This document shows, piece after piece, positions 1 to 39,300 of a stretch of DNA of 64,000 bases. Position numbers and translations under genes: made by a program. Below the pieces are notes generated by a model. The model was not told the origin of the DNA and did not search any database. It saw nothing but the letters and a program-made list of their open reading frames with translations. Within the stretch, counting starts at the first letter, position 1, and each line of letters starts with the position of its first letter. The stretch is from Macrostomum lignano. Taxonomy: Eukaryota. Location: NCBI GenBank assembly GCA_002269645.1, contig NIVC01000566.1:248001-312000 (forward strand), written 5' to 3'.

Positions 1-211
1 TTGTGTGAGGCTCAGGGATTGTGTGAGGCTCAGGGATTGTGTGAGGCTCAAGGATTGTGTGAGGCTCAGGGATTGTGTGAGGCTCAGGGATTGCACGAGG
101 CTCAGGGATTGTGTGAGGCTCAGGGATTGTGTGAGGCTCAGGGATTGTGTGAGGCTCAGGGATTGTGTGAGGCTCAGGGATTGTGTGAGGCTCAGGGATT
201 GTGTGAGGCTC
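1..211. repeat. 18-bp minisatellite (TTGTGTGAGGCTCAGGGA)n in the actin copy A intron
   Basis: Visible tandem units; reverse complement of the array at 25887-26460. Confidence 0.97.
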
Positions 212-242
212 TGAGCTTCCTACAAATCGGAAAGGCAATTCA

Positions 243-616
<374 letters not shown>

Positions 617-1136
617 CAGGCAGGGAGTGCGCTTTGAAATTTGTATTTCCTAATACGAGCTATGGCAACGACAGACTCTTACAATCACAGTCAAATATAG
701 CTGAAGCAGATTCCATTTGGTTATTTCGGCTTGCCATCGCTGTGAGTTCTGTGTAGCAAGCATTATGCATTGCTTTGCCTGCAGAGCGCTCAGGTTGGAA
801 GTCCCCGCGTAGCTCACAGCTATTTTTAGCAGCACAATGCCTCATTCCTGTGCAATCACTATCTCTACCTAAGGAAAGCAAGCAGTTATTCTAAGAGTTA
901 CAAACGGTACAAGTGATACAAAAGGTGACACGTCAAAAGTATATTTGATTCGACATTTGATCTTAGAATTTTTCCTTGATCCCGGCTTGGAATTCAAGAC
1001 TGATTCATAAATGCCCTGCACAACATGTAGCAGAGGTCAGCCTAGTGCGAGTATAGTGGTTAGAAATCCACGAGGTATTTAAGCCTTTGAAGTAACCAAA
1101 ATTTTAGAGAATGCCTTCACTTTTCTGATATCACCT

Positions 1137-2041
1137 GTACACCGTAATTGCACTGTAATTGCACTGTAATTGCACTGTAATTGCACTGTAATTGCACTGT
1201 AATTGCACTGTAATTGCACCGTGATTGCACTGTAATTGCACTGTAATTGCACTGTAACTGCACTGTAATTGCACTGTAATTGCACTGTAATTGCACTGTA
1301 ATTGCACTGTAACTGCACTGTAATTGCACTGTGATTGCACTGTAATTGCACTGTAATTGCACTGTAATTGCACTGTAATTGCACTGTAATTGCACTGTAA
1401 TTGCACTGTAATTGCACTGTAATTGCACTGTAATTGCACTGTAATTGCACCGTGATTGCACTGTAATTGCACTGTAATTGCACTGTAACTGCACTGTAAT
1501 TGCACTGTAATTGCACTGTAATTGCACTGTAATTGCACTGTAACTGCACTGTAATTGCACTGTAATTGCACTGTAACTGCACTGTAATTGCACTGTAATT
1601 GCACTGTAATTGCACTGTAATTGCACTGTAATTGCACTGTAATTGCACTGTAATTGCACTGTAACTGCACTGTAATTGCACTGTAATTGCACTGTAATTG
1701 CACCGTGATTGCACTGTAATTGCACTGTAATTGCACCGTGATTGCACTGTAATTGCACTGTAATTGCACTGTAACTGCACTGTAATTGCACTGTAATTGC
1801 ACTGTAATTGCACTGTAATTGCACTGTAATTGCACTGTAATTGCACTGTAACTGCACTGTAATTGCACTGTAATTGCACCGTGATTGCACTGTAATTGCA
1901 CTGTAATTGCACTGTAACTGCACTGTAATTGCACTGTAATTGCACTGTAATTGCACTGTAATTGCACTGTAATTGCACTGTAATTGCACTGTAATTGCAC
2001 TGTAATTGCACTGTGATTGCACTGTAATTGCACTGTAATTG
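1137..2041. repeat. 11-bp minisatellite (ACTGTAATTGC)n
   Basis: About 80 tandem units; source of the 300-350 aa artefactual ORFs. Confidence 0.98.
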
Positions 2042-2224
2042 TTTCGGCCAACTTAACGGGTATACGAGCGTACAACCTTAAAAATTTCTTTTCCGTTCTT
2101 GAATGATTTTGAAATTTTGAATGAGTTTGAAGGAATGCCCGCTGAAAATACAATTCGAATGCTGAGAACTCATACAAAGTTTAAATAGTTTAAATACATT
2201 TTTCACAGTTGTTTGTCAACTTAC

Positions 2225-24583
<22,359 letters not shown>

Positions 24584-25439
24584 TCCCGTCAGGCAGTTCT
24601 GAATGCTCAGCCAATATGATAACAGGTGTGCCAGACAGACAGTTTGCAGTATTTTTAATTGTTAGTCTTTCCAAAAGTGATTTGGGCTGTCAGGTGGGCA
24701 TGCAGGACTGCAGCTGTTCCGTGATGGGTGAGAAAGCGGGTGTGAGTTGAGCTGCTTTTGTTCCAGCAGGACATGGCATGAAAATTGAGAGGCTTGTGCA
24801 TCGGATTCAGTGCCTAATTCCTGCATCCAGTGTACTCACAGGGCAAGCCTGCAGTGGAGCTGCAGAGCGATTTGTATGGCCAGCGTAGGCCTTGGACCAG
24901 TTGCCATGACGATGCTCTTGAGGCGTTCTAAGAACTTTTCTGCCCCGACTCAGTGGGACAGGATGCTGGGAGCTTACGGTTGGCAGGCAGGGCTCCCAAT
25001 CTGCATCGTGTTTAGTCCACTTGCCGTTTCACACAATTTCGGAGATACTCAGTTTAATTACGAGCGAACTTGAATATTAAATCACTCCCAGCATCTTGTC
25101 CGATATGCATTCTATTTTCTAATTGCGCAATGGGCTCCACTAGTAAAATTTACTACAAAATTTCTGTTTTCCTAGCTGCTTGCTTTCTTAACTGTTGCAA
25201 AAACGGAGTGACTATAAGCTGCGGGTGCTTTACAACACTACTTTACAGTGCACCGATTGCACAGGAATGAGCCATTTTGGTGCTGCTAAAAATAGCTCTG
25301 ACCTGAGCTGCTCAGACTCACTCCTGGGGATTTCCGAGTTGAGCGTGCTACGGTCCAAGCAAGTTGCATTGCTGTGGCATATTTCACTACGACATCTGCT
25401 TCAGCCATATTTGACCATGACTGTAAATTTGTGTCGTTA

Positions 25440-27479
<2,040 letters not shown>

Positions 27480-28056
27480 GCTGGATTACTTGGGGACTTG
27501 ACTGCGTTTCTGAGCTCAGTTTGAGTTGCTTTTGAGTCAGTGCTCAAATGCTGCAATGCTGCTCATTGGACTGATGCATCATCTGTAATTATAACTGTAC
27601 ATTGCCAGCTTCTCCATTCATTGAAGATACACAAATACAATATTCCGAGCTTTTACCGAGAGCAAAAATTACAAAATTCTTGCAGAAAGTTTTTGTCTTG
27701 TAATGGCTTCAACAGGTGTAATGGTTGTCCAATATACACTGAAGATGTAATATACTAAAACTGGTTAAACGATCATAGAATGCAAAAAAACTGCAACACA
27801 AAATGTTGTCACTATATGACCGGGAATAGTTGAAGGATGAGGCGTAAAAATCATATGACAAAAAATAGTGTATTATTACATAATGTGAGTGCATGATGTT
27901 GTACGTTAGTCACCGTCACGGCACAAGTTATTTAATGTAGGTTAATAAAAATAAGATAAAAGTGAAGTTATTAGCGCAAAACAACTCGAGCATTCGAAGT
28001 CCAGAAACCGTAAAAAATGTCACAAAAAACAATTTTCGTCACGGAAGACGAAACTC

Positions 28057-31000
28057 TCAGCGCGCGTCAAAGTAGGAGCCCTCGAAGTCCTGGATGGCAC
28101 GACACGCGCGCAGCGGCAGCAGCCTGCGGTTGGCATTGACGAAGCATTGGTCTTTGAGCAGTTTGTTCTCAATCGTGTTAACTGTTCCAACACGTTTATG
28201 AAACTCACCCTCGCAGCATGAAGCTCCTCTGCAGGCTGGCGGGCACGCAGACCAGAGTGTGGCGGTACTGCACCGCCCTGAGGATGCTGGCTGCCACCTG
28301 GGCGGGCGTCAGCTGGAGCTCCGGGCTGCGGCCGGGAGAAGGGGGCGCGGGCTGGTCATTGATTATCGATTGGCTGGGATTGATTATCGATTGGCTGGGA
28401 TTGATTATCGATTGGCTGGGATTGATTATCGATGGGCTGGTATTGATTATCGATTGGCTGGGATGGATTATCGATGGGCTGGGATTGATTATCGATTGGC
28501 TGGGATTGATTATCGATTGGTTGGGATTGATTATTGATGGGCTGGGATTGATTATCGATTGGCTAGTATTGATTATCGATTAGTTGGTATTGATTATCGA
28601 TTGACTAGGATGGATTATCGATTGGCTAGGATTGATTATCGATTAGTTGGTATTGATTATCGATTGTCTGGGATTGATTATCGATTGACTGGGATGGATT
28701 ATCGATTGGCTGGGATGGATTATCGATTGGCTAGTATTGATTATCGATTGGCTGTGATTGATTATCGATTGGCTGGGATTGATTATCGATTGGCTGGGAT
28801 TGATTATCGATGGGCTGGGATGGATTATCGATGGGCTGGGATGGATTATCGATGGGCTGGGATTGATTATCGATTGGCTGGGATTGATTATCGATTGGTT
28901 GGGATTGATTATTGATGGGCTGGGATTGATTATCGATTGGCTAGTATTGATTATCGATTAGTTGGTATTGATTATCGATTGACTAGGATGGATTATCGAT
29001 TGGCTAGGATTGATTATCGATTAGTTGGTATTGATTATCGATTGTCTGGGATTGATTATCGATTGACTGGGATTGAGTATCGATTGGCTGGGATGGATTA
29101 TCGATTGGCTAGTATTGATTATCGATTGGCTGTGATTGATTATCGATTGGCTGGGATTGATTATCGATTGGCTGGGATGGATTATCGATGGGCTGGGATT
29201 GATTATCGATTGGCTGGGATTGATTATCGATTGGTTGGGATTGATTATTGATGGGCTGGGATTGATTATCGATTGGCTAGTATTGATTATCGATTAGTTG
29301 GTATTGATTATCGATTGACTAGGATGGATTATCGATTGGCTAGGATTGATTATCGATTAGTTGGTATTGATTATCGATTGTCTGGGATTGATTATCGATT
29401 GACTGGGATTGAGTATCGATTGGCTGGGATGGATTATCGATTGGCTAGTATTGATTATCGATTGGCTGTGATTGATTATCGATTGGCTGGGATTGATTAT
29501 CGATTGGCTGGGATTGATTATCGATGGGCTGGGATTGATTATCGATTGGCTGTGATTGATTATCGATGGGCTGGGATTGATTATCGATTGGCTGGGATTG
29601 ATTATCGATTAGTTTGTATTGATTATCGATTGACTGGGATGGATTATCGATTGTCTGGGATTGATTATCGATTGGCTGGGATTGATTATCGATTGGCTGG
29701 GATTGATTATCGATTGGCTGGGATTGATTATCGATGGGCTGGGATTGATTATCGATTGGCTAGTATTGATTATCGATTAGTTGGTATTGATTATCGATTG
29801 ACTGGGATGGATTATCGATTGTCTGGGATTGATTATCGATTGGCTGGGATTGATTATCGATTGGTTGGGATTGATTATTGATGGGCTGGGATTGATTATC
29901 GATGGGCTGGGATTGATTATCGATTGGCTGTGATTGATTATCGATGGGCTGGGATTGATTATCGATTGGCTGGGATTGATTATCGATTAGTTGGTATTGA
30001 TTATCGATTGACTGGGATGGATTATCGATTGTCTGGGATTGATTATCGATTGGCTGGGATTGATTATCGATTGGCTGGGATTGATTATCGATTGGCTGGG
30101 ATTGATTATCGATGGGCTGGGATTGATTATCGATTGGCTAGTATTGATTATCGATTAGTTGGTATTGATTATCGATTGGCTGGGATTGATTATCGATTGA
30201 CTGGGATGGATTATCGATTGGCTGGGATTGATTATCGATTGGTTGGGATTGGTTATCGATGGGCTGGGATTGATTATCGATTGGCTAGTATTGATTATCG
30301 ATTGGTTGGTATTGATTATCGATTGACTGGGATGGATTATCGATTGTCTGGGATTGATTATCGATTGGCTGGGATTGATTATCGATTGGTTGGGATTGAT
30401 TATTGATGGGCTGGGATTGATTATCGATTGGCTAGTATTGATTATCGATTAGTTGGTATTGATTATCGATTGACTGGGATGGGTTATCGATTGGCTAGTA
30501 TTGATTATCGATTAGTTGGTATTGATTATCGATTGGCTGGGATGGATTATCGATTGACTGGGATTGATTATCGATTGGCTGGTGATTGATTATCGATTGG
30601 TTGGGATTGATTATTGATGGGCTGGGATTGATTATCGATTGGCTAGTATAAATTATCGATTAGTTGGTATTGATTATCGATTGACTGGGATGGATTATCG
30701 ATTGTCTGGGATTGATTATCGATTGGCTGGGATTGATTATCGATTGGTTGGGATTGATTATTGATGGGCTGGGATTGATTATAGATTGGCTAGTATTGAT
30801 TATCGATTAGTTGGTATTGATTATCGATTGACTGGGATGGATTATCGATTGGCTAGTATTGATTATCGATTGACTGGGATGGATTATCGATTGGCTAGTA
30901 TTGATTATCGATTAGTTGGGTGTTGATTTTCGATTAGTTGGGCATTGATTTTCGATAAGTTGGGCATTGATTATCGAATAGTTGGGCATTGATTATCGAT

Positions 31001-34000
31001 TAGTTGGGCATTGATTATCGATTAGTTGGTTATTGATTATCGGTTAGTTGGGCATTTATTATCGATTGGCTGGGATGGATTATCGATTGGCTGGGATGGA
31101 TTATCAATTGGTTGGGAGTTTGATAATGGATTATGGACCATAACATCATACTCATATCTCAGACGATCACCTCATTCCGGGCTTGACAGACTTGCCAACG
31201 AGCACCCCGCCAGATCCGGGGTCAAGGAAGGTCGGGCACACGGCGCTCAGGAAGATCCGGTTCCGCCCGTACAGCCCCATCCGGCGCAGCTCGTCCTGCA
31301 CAGCTTCCATGAAGCCCAAGCTGCCAAACTTTGAGGCGCTGCAAAAAACAGTGAGAATAAAGCGTTGGATTCAAAAACTGAATTTCGTATTAAAGAATTT
31401 TTGCCTTACCTGTAGTCGGTGCAGTAGGCCACTCCTATGCAGGCTGCCATGCTGGCCACGGAGACAATGTGGCCTCGGCCTCGCTTGATCATGTGCGGCA
31501 GGGCCGCGCGAACCACCTGCGGCAGGGTGGGGGAGGGTGCGTTATGGGGTGTGGGATCAGGCTCTGGGTGAGGTGTGATGGCTCTGGGTGAGGTGTGGGA
31601 TCAGGCTCTTGGTGAGGTGTGGGATCAGGCTCTAGGTGAGGTGTGGGATCAGGCTTTGGGTGAGGTGTGGGATCATACCCTGAGTGAGGTGTGGGATCAG
31701 GCTTTGGGTGAGGTGTGGGATCATACCCTGGGTGAGGTGTGGGATCAGGCTCTGGGTGAGGTGTGGGATCAGGCTCTAGGTGAGGTGTGATGGCTCTGGG
31801 TGAGGTGTGGGATCAGGCTCTGGGTGAGGTGTGGGATCAGGCTCTGGGTGAGGTGTGGGATCAGGTTCTGGGTGAGGTGTGATGGCTCTGGGTGAGGTGT
31901 GATGGCTCTGGGTGAGGTGTGATGGCTCTGGGTGAGGTGTGATGGCTCTGGGTGAGGTGTGGGATCAGGCTCTGGGTGAGGTGTGGGATCAGGCTCTGGG
32001 TGAGGTGTGGGATCAGGCTCTGGGTGAGGTGTGATGGCTCTGGGTGAGGTGTGGGATCAGGCTCTGGGTGAGGTGTGGGATCAGGCTCTGAGTGGTGTGG
32101 GATCTGACTCTGGGTGAGGTGTGGGATCTGACTCTGGGTGAGGTGTGGGATCTGACTCTGGGTGAGGTGTGGGATCAGGTTCTGGGTGAGGTGTGGGATC
32201 AGGCTCTGGGTGAGGTGTGGGATCAGGCTCTGGGTGAGGTGTGATGGCTCTGGGTGAGGTGTGGGATCAGGCTCTGGGTGAGGTGTAGGATCAGGCTTTG
32301 GGTGAGGTGTGGGATCATACCCTGGGTGAGGTGTGGGATCAGGCTCTGGGTGAGGTGTAGGATCAGGCTTTGGGTGAGGTGTGGGATCATACCCTGGGTG
32401 AGGTGTGGGATCAGGCTCTGGGTGAGGTGTGGGATCAGGCTCTAGGTGAGGTGTGGGATCAGGCTCTGGGTGAGGTGTGGGATCAGACTCTGGGTGAGGT
32501 GTGGGATCAGGCTCTGTGTGAGGTGTGGGATCAGACTCTGTGTGAGGTGTGGGATCAGACTCTGTGTGAGGTGTGGGATCAGGTTCTGGGTGAGGTGTGG
32601 GATCAGGCTCTGAGTGAGGTGTGGCCGTGTGGCACTAGATTGCGGCAAGCCCAGCCAGCTCACCCAGATGGTGCCCATGAGGTTGACATCCACAGTGGCC
32701 CGGATCTGCGCCTCCGTCAGGTCCAGCAGCGGCCGGCCCTGGAAGACGCCGGCGTTGCTGACCAGGATGTCCAGCTTGCCGAAACGCCGGACAACGTCGG
32801 CCAGGCAGTCGGACACGCTGTCCGGCCGGGTGACGTCCATCTGGTAGCTGGCAGTCAGATAGCCCCGCGACTCCAGCGACTTGGCCGCGTCGTGGACGGC
32901 AGCCTGGTGTGGGAGGGATTTTCACATAGAAAATATTCACATAGACAAAATGGGACTTCAGTACGACGAACATGAAATTCTGACGAAAGTGACCATGGGA
33001 TTTTTTTAGGATCTCACTGAGAATCTGGGAAGGTGGTGGTGGTCCAGCAACTAACACCCTGGAAGGCTGGCACAGCAACTGAGGATCTAGAGGGTGGCAT
33101 AGTAACTGAGGATCTGGGAGGCGGCCCAGCAACTGAGGATCTGGGAGGCTGGCCCAGCAACTGAGGATCTGGGAGGCTGGCCCAGCAACTAAGGATCTGG
33201 GAGGCTGGCCCAGCAACTGAGGATCTGGAAGGCTGGCCCAGCAACTGAGGATCTAGGAGGCTGGCCCAGCAACTGAGGATCTGAAGGCTGGCCCAGCAAC
33301 TGAGGATCTGGAAGGCTGGTCCAGCAACTGAGGATCTGGGAGGCTGGCCCAGCAACTGAGGATCTGGAAGGCTGGCCCAGCAACTAAGGATCTGGGAGGC
33401 TGGCCCAGCAACTGAGGATCTGGAAGGCTGGCCCAGCAACTGAGGATCTGGGAGGCTGGACCAGCAACTGAGGATCTGGGAGGCTGGCCCAGCAACTGAG
33501 GATCTGGAAGGCTGGCATAGTAACTGAGGATCTGGGAGGCTGGACCAGCAACTGAGGATCTGGGAGGCTGGACCAGCAACTGAGGATCTGGGAGGCTGGC
33601 CTAGCAACTGAGGATCTGGGAGGCTGGACCAGCAACTGAGGATCTGGGAGGCTGGCCCAGCAACTGAGGATCTGGAAGGCTGGCATAGTAACTGAGGATC
33701 TGGGAGGCTGGCCTAGCAACTGAGGATCTGGGAGGCTGGACCAGCAACTGAGGATCTGGGAGGCTGGCCCAGCAACTGAGGATCTGGGAGGCTGGCCCAG
33801 CAACTAAGGATCTGGGAGAAAACCCAGAAAACGCACTCACGCTGACATCGGTGAGCACAGTGACGCATTTCTGCTTGGCGAAGAGCTCAGCGGTAGCCAG
33901 GCCGATGCCCTGGGCAGCCCCGGTCACCAGCACGATCTGGCCGCTGACCTGAGCGGGCCGCAGCCCCAGCCAGGTGCGAGCGAGCTTCAGGCCGGCCTGC

Positions 34001-34131
34001 AAGAAGGACATGATCAGCACACCAAGGAGGTGCAGAAGAGCCAGAAGGAGCGGCCTGCCAGCCGGGGTTGGCGGGATTCGAGACTGACGGCCCTCGGAGG
34101 ACCGGGGCGGCTGCTGCTGCTGCTGCTGCAT
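28057..34131 (-). CDS. Classical short-chain dehydrogenase/reductase (retinol/17-beta-HSD11-like), ~329 aa
   Basis: Exons 34131-33841, 32903-32664, 31516-31410, 31338-31171, 28325-28209, 28123-28057, all phase-compatible. VLVTGAAQGIG (TGxxxGIG), LDILVSNAGV, DVNLMG, catalytic YSASK; hydrophobic N-terminal segment. Confidence 0.93.
28358..31110. repeat. 21-bp minisatellite (GATTGATTATCGATTGGCTGG)n, ~2.7 kb, with higher-order structure
   Basis: Visible; fills SDR intron 4. Confidence 0.98.
31545..32620. repeat. 24-bp minisatellite (GTGTGGGATCAGGCTCTGGGTGAG)n
   Basis: Visible; SDR intron 2. Confidence 0.97.
33020..33818. repeat. 28-bp minisatellite (GGATCTGGGAGGCTGGCCCAGCAACTGA)n
   Basis: Visible; SDR intron 1. 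Confidence 0.96.
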
Positions 34132-35039
34132 GACTGGAAGAGTTCCAGCGGCAGGACCTGAATTTGATCGATGGGACCTGAATTTGATAGGACCTAAATT
34201 TGATAGGACCTAAATTTGATGGGACCTAAATTCGAGGGGACCTAATATAATGATAGGACATAAATTTGAGCTTTATGTGAAATTTTCAAACTTGAAAGTT
34301 AGGTCTTATTAGGCTGCTGACCAAATGCAATCAAATGTGGGTTTCGATCATAGACAGTCTCATCGAGTCAAGCAAATTTGAAATTGGAAAAAAATCTAAA
34401 AAAGATTTGCGGCGCTTTTTTTCGAAGTAGTAAACTAAAAAATTATGCTTCTAATTTTGTATTTAATAAACAAAGCTCGTCACTCAATATAAACAGATTC
34501 TGTCAGCTAGGAGTTGAAAATATTTCTATATTATGGTATAATTATTAATCAATATCAGGCCAACAACAACCAGGGCGGGGCACTTCTGTTTCTTGGAAAG
34601 CTATTAAAGCATGTCGATGGATGTTTCTAAAATCTCATGTCTCAACACATTTTTCCAAGAAACGAAATGTTGCCTCGAACTACTTATAGTAGCTGTCCGC
34701 TAAAGTCATGTAGACAATGAAAATTAAAATGAAATTGAAAATTATGGTATTTAAGTACGCATGCCAAATACGACGCCACATACAATTACTAAAGTACATT
34801 TCAATCAGTCACGTGTGTACTTTTAGATTCATTTTTCTAATTGGTCAAGCCGTCAATGGAGACAAACAACTGGATTCTTTAAAAGGCCTGTCAAAGTGAT
34901 TTATTTTTAATATAGATTGAGAAACAAAAACTCACTATCTGATACTTCAGTAGTTAAATAGCGGAAAGGCTATTTCAATCTCATGAGTAGACATCAAATA
35001 ATAATAAGGCTCACCATAAGCCTGCTTGATTTGGCTTGA

Positions 35040-36165
35040 AAAACATATCTATCCGCATCTTCACAGGAATATCTATCCACATCTACTCAGGGATATCTAT
35101 CAACATCTACTCAGGAATATCTATCCGCATCTACTCAGGAATATTTATCCACTTCTACCCAGGAAAATCTATCCGCATCTACTCAGGAATATCTATCCAC
35201 ATCTACTCAGGGATATCTATCAACATCTACTCAGGAATATCTATCCGCATCTACTCAGGAATATTTATCCACTTCTACCCAGGAAAATCTATCCGCATCT
35301 ACTCAGGAATATCTATCCACATCTACTCAGGAATATCTATCCGCATCTACTCAGGAATATCTATCCGCATCTACTCAGGAATATCTATCCGCATCTACTC
35401 AGGAATATCTATCCACATCTACTCAGGAATATCTATACACATCTACTCAGGAATATCTATCCGCATCTACTCAAAATATCTATCCACATCTACTCAGGAA
35501 TATCTATCCACATCTACCCAGGAATATCTATCCGCATCTACTCAGGAATATCTATCCGCATCTAACCCAGAATATCTATCCACATCTACCCAGGAATATC
35601 TATCCGCATCTAACCCAGAATATCTATCCGAATCTACCCAGGAATATCTATCCGCATCTACCCCAGAATATCTATCCGCATCTACCCCAGAATATCTATC
35701 CGCATCTAACCCAGAATATCTATCCGCATCTACTACAGAATATCTATCTGCATCTAACCCAGAATATCTATCCGCATCTAACCCAGAATATCTATCCGCA
35801 TCTACCCCAGAATATCTATCCGAATCTACCCCAGAATATCTATCCGCATCTACCCCAGAATATCTATCCGCATCTACCCCAGAATATCTATCTGCATCTA
35901 ATCCAGAATATCTATCCGCATCTAACCCAGAATATCTATCCGCATCTACCCCAGAATATCTATCCGCATCTAACCCAGAATATCTATCCGCATCTACTAC
36001 AGAATATCTATCTGCATCTAACCCAGAATATCTATCCGCATCTAACCCAGAATATCTATCCGCATCTACTACAGAATATCTATCTGCATCTAACCCAGAA
36101 TATCTATCCGCATCTACTACAGAATATCTATCTGCATCTAACCCAGAATATCTATCCGCATCTAG
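35040..36165. repeat. 24-bp minisatellite (ATATCTATCCGCATCTACTCAGGA)n, intergenic
   Basis: Visible; variant composition shifts from left to right. Confidence 0.97.
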
Positions 36166-36344
36166 ACACATACAAATAATTGGGTAGGAATTGAATTAAG
36201 AACACAAATTTAGTAGAGCAAATCAAGCAAGCTATTCAAAAATGGCTATATAGCAGACAAAAGAACTACTGATACGCAAGTAGTAGGGGAGCGCATAAAC
36301 AATCGTAATTCTAAATCACCCGCTGGCATCAACAAAGCCGGTCA

Positions 36345-39300
36345 TCAGACGAGGCTCTTCAAGTCTACAGGCTGGCCCTTCTCCAGCAGGTTAGCCAGCA
36401 CCACGGGGGCCGGGCCCGCGCCCACGGCCACCCCCGCCACCACCTGGTCGGCCTCCCCAACCAGGTAGGTCATAAATTTGAATTCTTCCTTAGGCTCGGC
36501 CACTACGGCCCGTTTCCATGGCGACGAGGGCCGGCCGTCGCCGCCGGCGGCCAGGGCGGTGTAGCGGAAGCCGGTGCCGAACATCAGCGTCCAGAAGAAG
36601 GTGGCGAGCGGCTGCCGCACCGGCTTGCCGAGCATCGACCTGGCGGCCAGGCGGCCCTGCGTCTGCGCCGTCTGCCAGTGCCCGTAGCCGAGGACGTCGC
36701 CGGCGCCAAAGACGTTCGAGTCCGACGGCGAGCGAAGGTCCGGGCCGACCACCAGCGGGCTGCCCGGCTTGCCACCGGCGAGGAGGACGGCCGGCAGGAA
36801 GGCGGTGTTGGGCGTGGAGCCGATGCCCACCACGCAGAGCTGAGCAGGCAGGGTGTCGCCCGACTTCAGCTTCAGACCGGACAGACCGCCCTGGGAGAGG
36901 GTGGGGTAAGGCTGGAGTACGTCATCAATCGATCACTACAGTAAGGCTGGGGTGAGTCATCAATTAGGGAGGCTGGAGTGCATCATCAATCAGTGAGTGA
37001 GGCTGAAGTGCGTCATCAATCAGTGAGGCTGGGGTGCGTCATTAATCAGTGAGGCTGGAGTGCGTCATCAATCAATCAGTGAGGCTGGTCTGGAGTGCAT
37101 CATCAATCAAGCAGTGAGGCTGGAGTGCATCATCAATCAAGCAGTGAGGCTGGAGTGCATCATCAATCAAGCAGTGAGGCTGGAGTGCATCATCAATCAA
37201 GCAGTGAGGCTGGAGTGCATCATCAATCAAGCAGTGAGGCTGGAGTGCATCATCAATCAAGCAGTGAGGCTGGAGTGCGTCATCAATCAAGCAGTGAGGC
37301 TGGAGTGCGTCATCAATCAGAGGCTAATTATTCACCCACAGCCTCAGCACCAGCCCTCACCTGAGCATCGGAGGCGAAGGACTGCAGCTCCCCAATCACG
37401 AACTTGACTCCCTTGCTCTCGTGCAGCCGCCGGGCAGCCTTGCCGGCCTCTTCGCCGAACAGCGCCTTGAACGGCACGGGATCTCGGGCGAGCACCGTGA
37501 CGGACTTGGCACCGTTGGCGACCAGGTAGGCGGCGGACTCCAGCGCGATGAAGGACGATCCGATGAGGACGGCGTCTGCGCCCTGACCGGCCGCGTGAAT
37601 TTGCTTGGAGTCCTCCGGACTCCGCAGGTAGAAAACTCCGCGCAGCGGCGTCTCGACCTGGGATGGTTTTTGACGCAATCGATGAGGGCCGATCGTCCGG
37701 GGTGTACATGCTTGACAATGATACGCGAGACAATAATAATAGTAATAACTGATTACACCTGCCCTAATAGGCAGATGTGCAACCGACAGCTCAGCCGCAG
37801 CTATTGCGCGGTGCATCTGAATGCTGCGTACGGCTGTTCAGTCCAAGGACTGGGGGGTCGCCACACACACCCTCGATTACCCCAGCTAATGCTGGCACCC
37901 ATTCTACAGCTGGGTGAACTGAAGCAATGCAGAGTTAAGTGTCTTGCCCAAGGACACAAATTGTTCCAGTTGGATCGGGAATCGAACCCCAGACCTTCAA
38001 GTCAAGAGTCCGACGCTCGGACCACTTGGCTACAACCCTTATCGCAATAAGTTCCTTACCAGGTCCAGGCGGGTTCAAAGTGGTATATATTTCTAGGAAA
38101 ATTTTAATCAGGTGATCCCGTAGCCCCCCCCCGAACAGCATCTGCAGCCGGTGCTCACAGCCAGCTGCCTGGCAGAGGAGCCTGAGCACACCAGCAGCTT
38201 GGTGTAGGGCAGAACCACTCGGCCATTCTTAGAGTGAAACTCCACAGTCCGCTGGGCCGGGTCTACAGACTCAACTCGGGACTCCAGCATGAGCTCGATG
38301 TCGTGCTGAGCATAGTGCTCAGCGGTGCGCAGCAGCACAGGCTCAGACGCCATGGATTTGCTCAGCTTCGTGCGGTCGAACGGCGGCACGGAGTCGGCAC
38401 TGAGCACCGTCAGCTTGCCGCGGTAGCCCTCCTGCCGCAGGCTGTCGGCGGCGGCTGCAGCGGCCGGCCCGCCGCCAACGATGACGAAGTGCTCGGATGC
38501 GAACTCCGGCTGGTAGCCGGCCAGCGGGCGCTGCACCACGAACTTGCCGTCCGCTGGCGGAGTGCCCTCCACCAGCACCATCTGGTCCGAGGCGCGCACC
38601 GACACCTGAGAGCGAGATAAGCGACGCAAGTTAACGGCGAATTCGCCGATACACTCAGCGACAACATCAGAGACACTCAGCGACGAGATCAGAGACACAC
38701 TCAGTGACAACATCAGCGACACACTCAGCGACAACATCAGCGACACGCTCAGCGACAATATCAGCGACACACTCAGCGACGACATCAGAGACACACTCAG
38801 CGACGACATCAGAGACACACTCAGCGACAAGATCAGAGACACACTCAGCGACAACATCAGCGACACACTCAGCGACAAAATCAGAGACACACTCAGCGAC
38901 AACATCAGAGACACTCAGCGACAAGATCAGCGACACACTCAGTGACAAGATCAGAGACACACTCAGCGACAACATCAGAGACACACTCAGCGACAACATC
39001 AGAGACACACTCAGCGACAAGATCAGAGACACACTCAGCGACGACATCAGAGACGCACTCAGCGACAAGATCAGCGACAACATCAGAGACACACTCAGTG
39101 ACAACATCAGAGACACACTCAGCGACAACATCAGAGACACACTCAGCGACAAGATCAGAGACACACTCAGCGACGACATCAGAGACGCACTCAGCGACAA
39201 GATCAGCGACAACATCAGAGACACACTCAGTGACAACATCAGAGACACACTCAGCGACAACATCAGAGACACACTCAGCGACAACATCAGAGACACACTC

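Noticed and set aside
37960-38037. tRNA-like sequences (also ~60545-60620, ~12730-12800, ~52215-52285)
   Set aside because: A and B boxes are present but continue into SINE bodies and tails, and acceptor stems are not complete; called as SINE heads, not tRNA genes.
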